Source: a virus. From it: 64,000 nucleotides of DNA. Below are positions 62,574-64,000 of this stretch, in pieces. Location: positions 1-64,000 of IMG/VR virus record IMGVR_UViG_3300046332_000238. One strand, 5' to 3'. Made by a program: the position numbers and the translations under genes. The notes beneath the pieces were generated by a model. It was not told the DNA's origin. It saw only the letters and a program-made list of their open reading frames with translations, and made no database searches. Positions within the stretch are counted from its first letter, which is position 1, and every line of letters begins with the position of its first letter.

Positions 62574-64000
62574 ATGACAATAACATCATCAAATGTTTCA
62601 TTAGATTCTATTCAAACTGAATTTGGAGGAACCAATCCAATTGACATAACCGAATATTATGCCGGTGGATTATATGTACTGCCCGGAACTACAGGAACAA
62701 ATGGTCCAATACCAAGTTCTGGGCAAATTGGTTTGTCACAGTTTATAGGAACAGCTCAACCTGGTGTGACATGGACATACCAAGATGATTTGTCGAAAAT
62801 AGGAACCATATGGGGACAAACTGAACAAGTACTTGATATTGATTACGGTACTGTATTTTGTGCTGTTGGTGATTCAGGTAAAGTTGCTACTAGTACTGAT
62901 GGTGTTACATGGACATATCAAGATGGATTAAGATCAACATCATGGGGTTCATCGGATGCCGTTAATGCCATTGCGTGGAACGGTACTGTATTTTGTGCTG
63001 TTGGTGATTCAGGTAAAGTTGCTACTAGTACTGATGGTGTTACATGGACATATCAAGATGGATTAAGATCAACATCATGGGGCAGTACCGTCACAGTAAA
63101 TGATATTGTATGGAATGGAAACATATTCTGTGTTGTTGGATCATCCACACATGTTGCTACCAGTCCTGATGGTGTTACATGGACGTATCAATCAGGTTTA
63201 ACTTCCGTAGCCAGTGGATGGACAACACAACCAGTGCATGCCATTGCATGGAACGGTACTGTATTTTGTGTTGGTGCAGAACTTGGACATATTGCTACTA
63301 GTACTGATGGTGTTACATGGACAAATCAAAATGGACTATTGTCCACAGGATGGGGTTCAGGTACTGCGGTTTTTGCTATCACATGGAATGGAACCATATT
63401 TTGTGTTGGTGGTGCTTCCGGTAAAATAGCAACCAGCACTGATGGAGTTACATGGACAAATAGAACCAGTTTGTCTGGAACAGGATGGGGATCAGTAGAT
63501 TCTGTAAGATCAATTACCTGGAATGGAACCATATTTTGTGTTGGTGGTGATAATGGCAAAATAGCAACAGGAAATTCAACAGGATCGACTTGGACATATC
63601 GTTCTGGTCTAAAATCAACCTTCTGGTATGATAATGTTGTAAATTCTGTTTTATGGAATGGCACCAAATTCTGTGCTGTTGGTGGTGTGGCTAGAGTTGC
63701 TACCAGTACAGACGGTATTACATGGACATATCAAGACGGATTAGCTAAATTCACAACAGTATTTGCTAATACCATAAAAGATTGTGTATGGAACGGATCC
63801 AAATTTTGTATTGTTGGAGAAACCAATCATGTTGCAACAAGTGATGATGGTGTTACATGGACCTTCCAATCTGGACTCATCACAACAATGGGTGGAATAG
63901 CAAATATCTTTAATGCCATTGCGTGGAACGGTACTGTATTTTGTGCTGTTGGTGATTCAGGTAAAGTTGCTACTAGTCCTGATGGTGTTACATGGACAAA
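62574..64000 (+). CDS. Tail adhesin-like protein with about 45-aa Asp-box/beta-propeller repeats (3' truncated; not in ORF track)
   Basis: MTITSSNVSLDSIQTEFGGTNPIDITEYY...IPSSGQIGLSQF, then repeats WNGTVFCAVGDSGKVATSTDGVTWTYQ. Confidence 0.75.
   Translation, partial: MTITSSNVSLDSIQTEFGGTNPIDITEYYAGGLYVLPGTTGTNGPIPSSGQIGLSQFIGTAQPGVTWTYQDDLSKIGTIWGQTEQVLDIDYGTVFCAVGDSGKVATSTDGVTWTYQDGLRSTSWGSSDAVNAIAWNGTVFCAVGDSGKVATSTDGVTWTYQDGLRSTSWGSTVTVNDIVWNGNIFCVVGSSTHVATSPDGVTWTYQSGLTSVASGWTTQPVHAIAWNGTVFCVGAELGHIATSTDGVTWTNQNGLLSTGWGSGTAVFAITWNGTIFCVGGASGKIATSTDGVTWTNRTSLSGTGWGSVDSVRSITWNGTIFCVGGDNGKIATGNSTGSTWTYRSGLKSTFWYDNVVNSVLWNGTKFCAVGGVARVATSTDGITWTYQDGLAKFTTVFANTIKDCVWNGSKFCIVGETNHVATSDDGVTWTFQSGLITTMGGIANIFNAIAWNGTVFCAVGDSGKVATSPDGVTWT

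Noticed and set aside
62846-64000. Diversity-generating retroelement TR/VR pair
   Set aside because: Repeats are in-frame protein blades, differences are not adenine-specific, and no reverse transcriptase is present in the window.
1-64000. Most short antisense ORFs in the track, and tRNA genes
   Set aside because: Antisense ORFs are shadows of plus-strand genes with no RBS or motifs. No cloverleaf was recognised by eye; tRNAscan-SE would be decisive.

Overview
AT-rich, densely coded fragment of a large lytic T4-like (myovirus-type) phage genome. Support: gp61-type primase, T4-type RNase H, rIIA/rIIB, TATAAATA late promoters, and internal-protein-like N-termini. The spanin lipoprotein and an outer-membrane beta-barrel gene imply a Gram-negative host. 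Order: (1-5.5 kb) glycan/nucleotide-sugar modification cluster; (5.6-14.7 kb) late operon of His-rich enzymes and probable internal head proteins; (14.7-17.4 kb) lysis cassette; (17.4-25 kb) primase, thyX, MazG-like, nrdA, thioredoxin, nrdB, rnh; (25-54 kb) early/accessory region of many small ORFs driven by about 20 related promoters, including a divergent promoter pair near 32.3 kb, a candidate structured RNA, 12-nt repeats with DnaA boxes, rIIAB and a MoxR/VWA pair; (54-64 kb) GIY-YIG endonuclease cassette, metallophosphoesterase, rubrerythrin/rubredoxin, epimerase, porin-like protein, phoH and a truncated repeat adhesin. The strongest novel signal is at 54.06-54.9 kb. A homing-endonuclease cassette appears to have split the start of a metallophosphoesterase gene and supplied a new promoter and N-terminus. 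It leaves an in-frame CTG-TAG-CTG directly behind an 11-bp hairpin, a layout suggesting programmed ribosomal stop-hopping analogous to T4 gene 60/mobA. No tRNA, rRNA or CRISPR array was recognised. All family calls come from motif recognition by eye; no searches were run.
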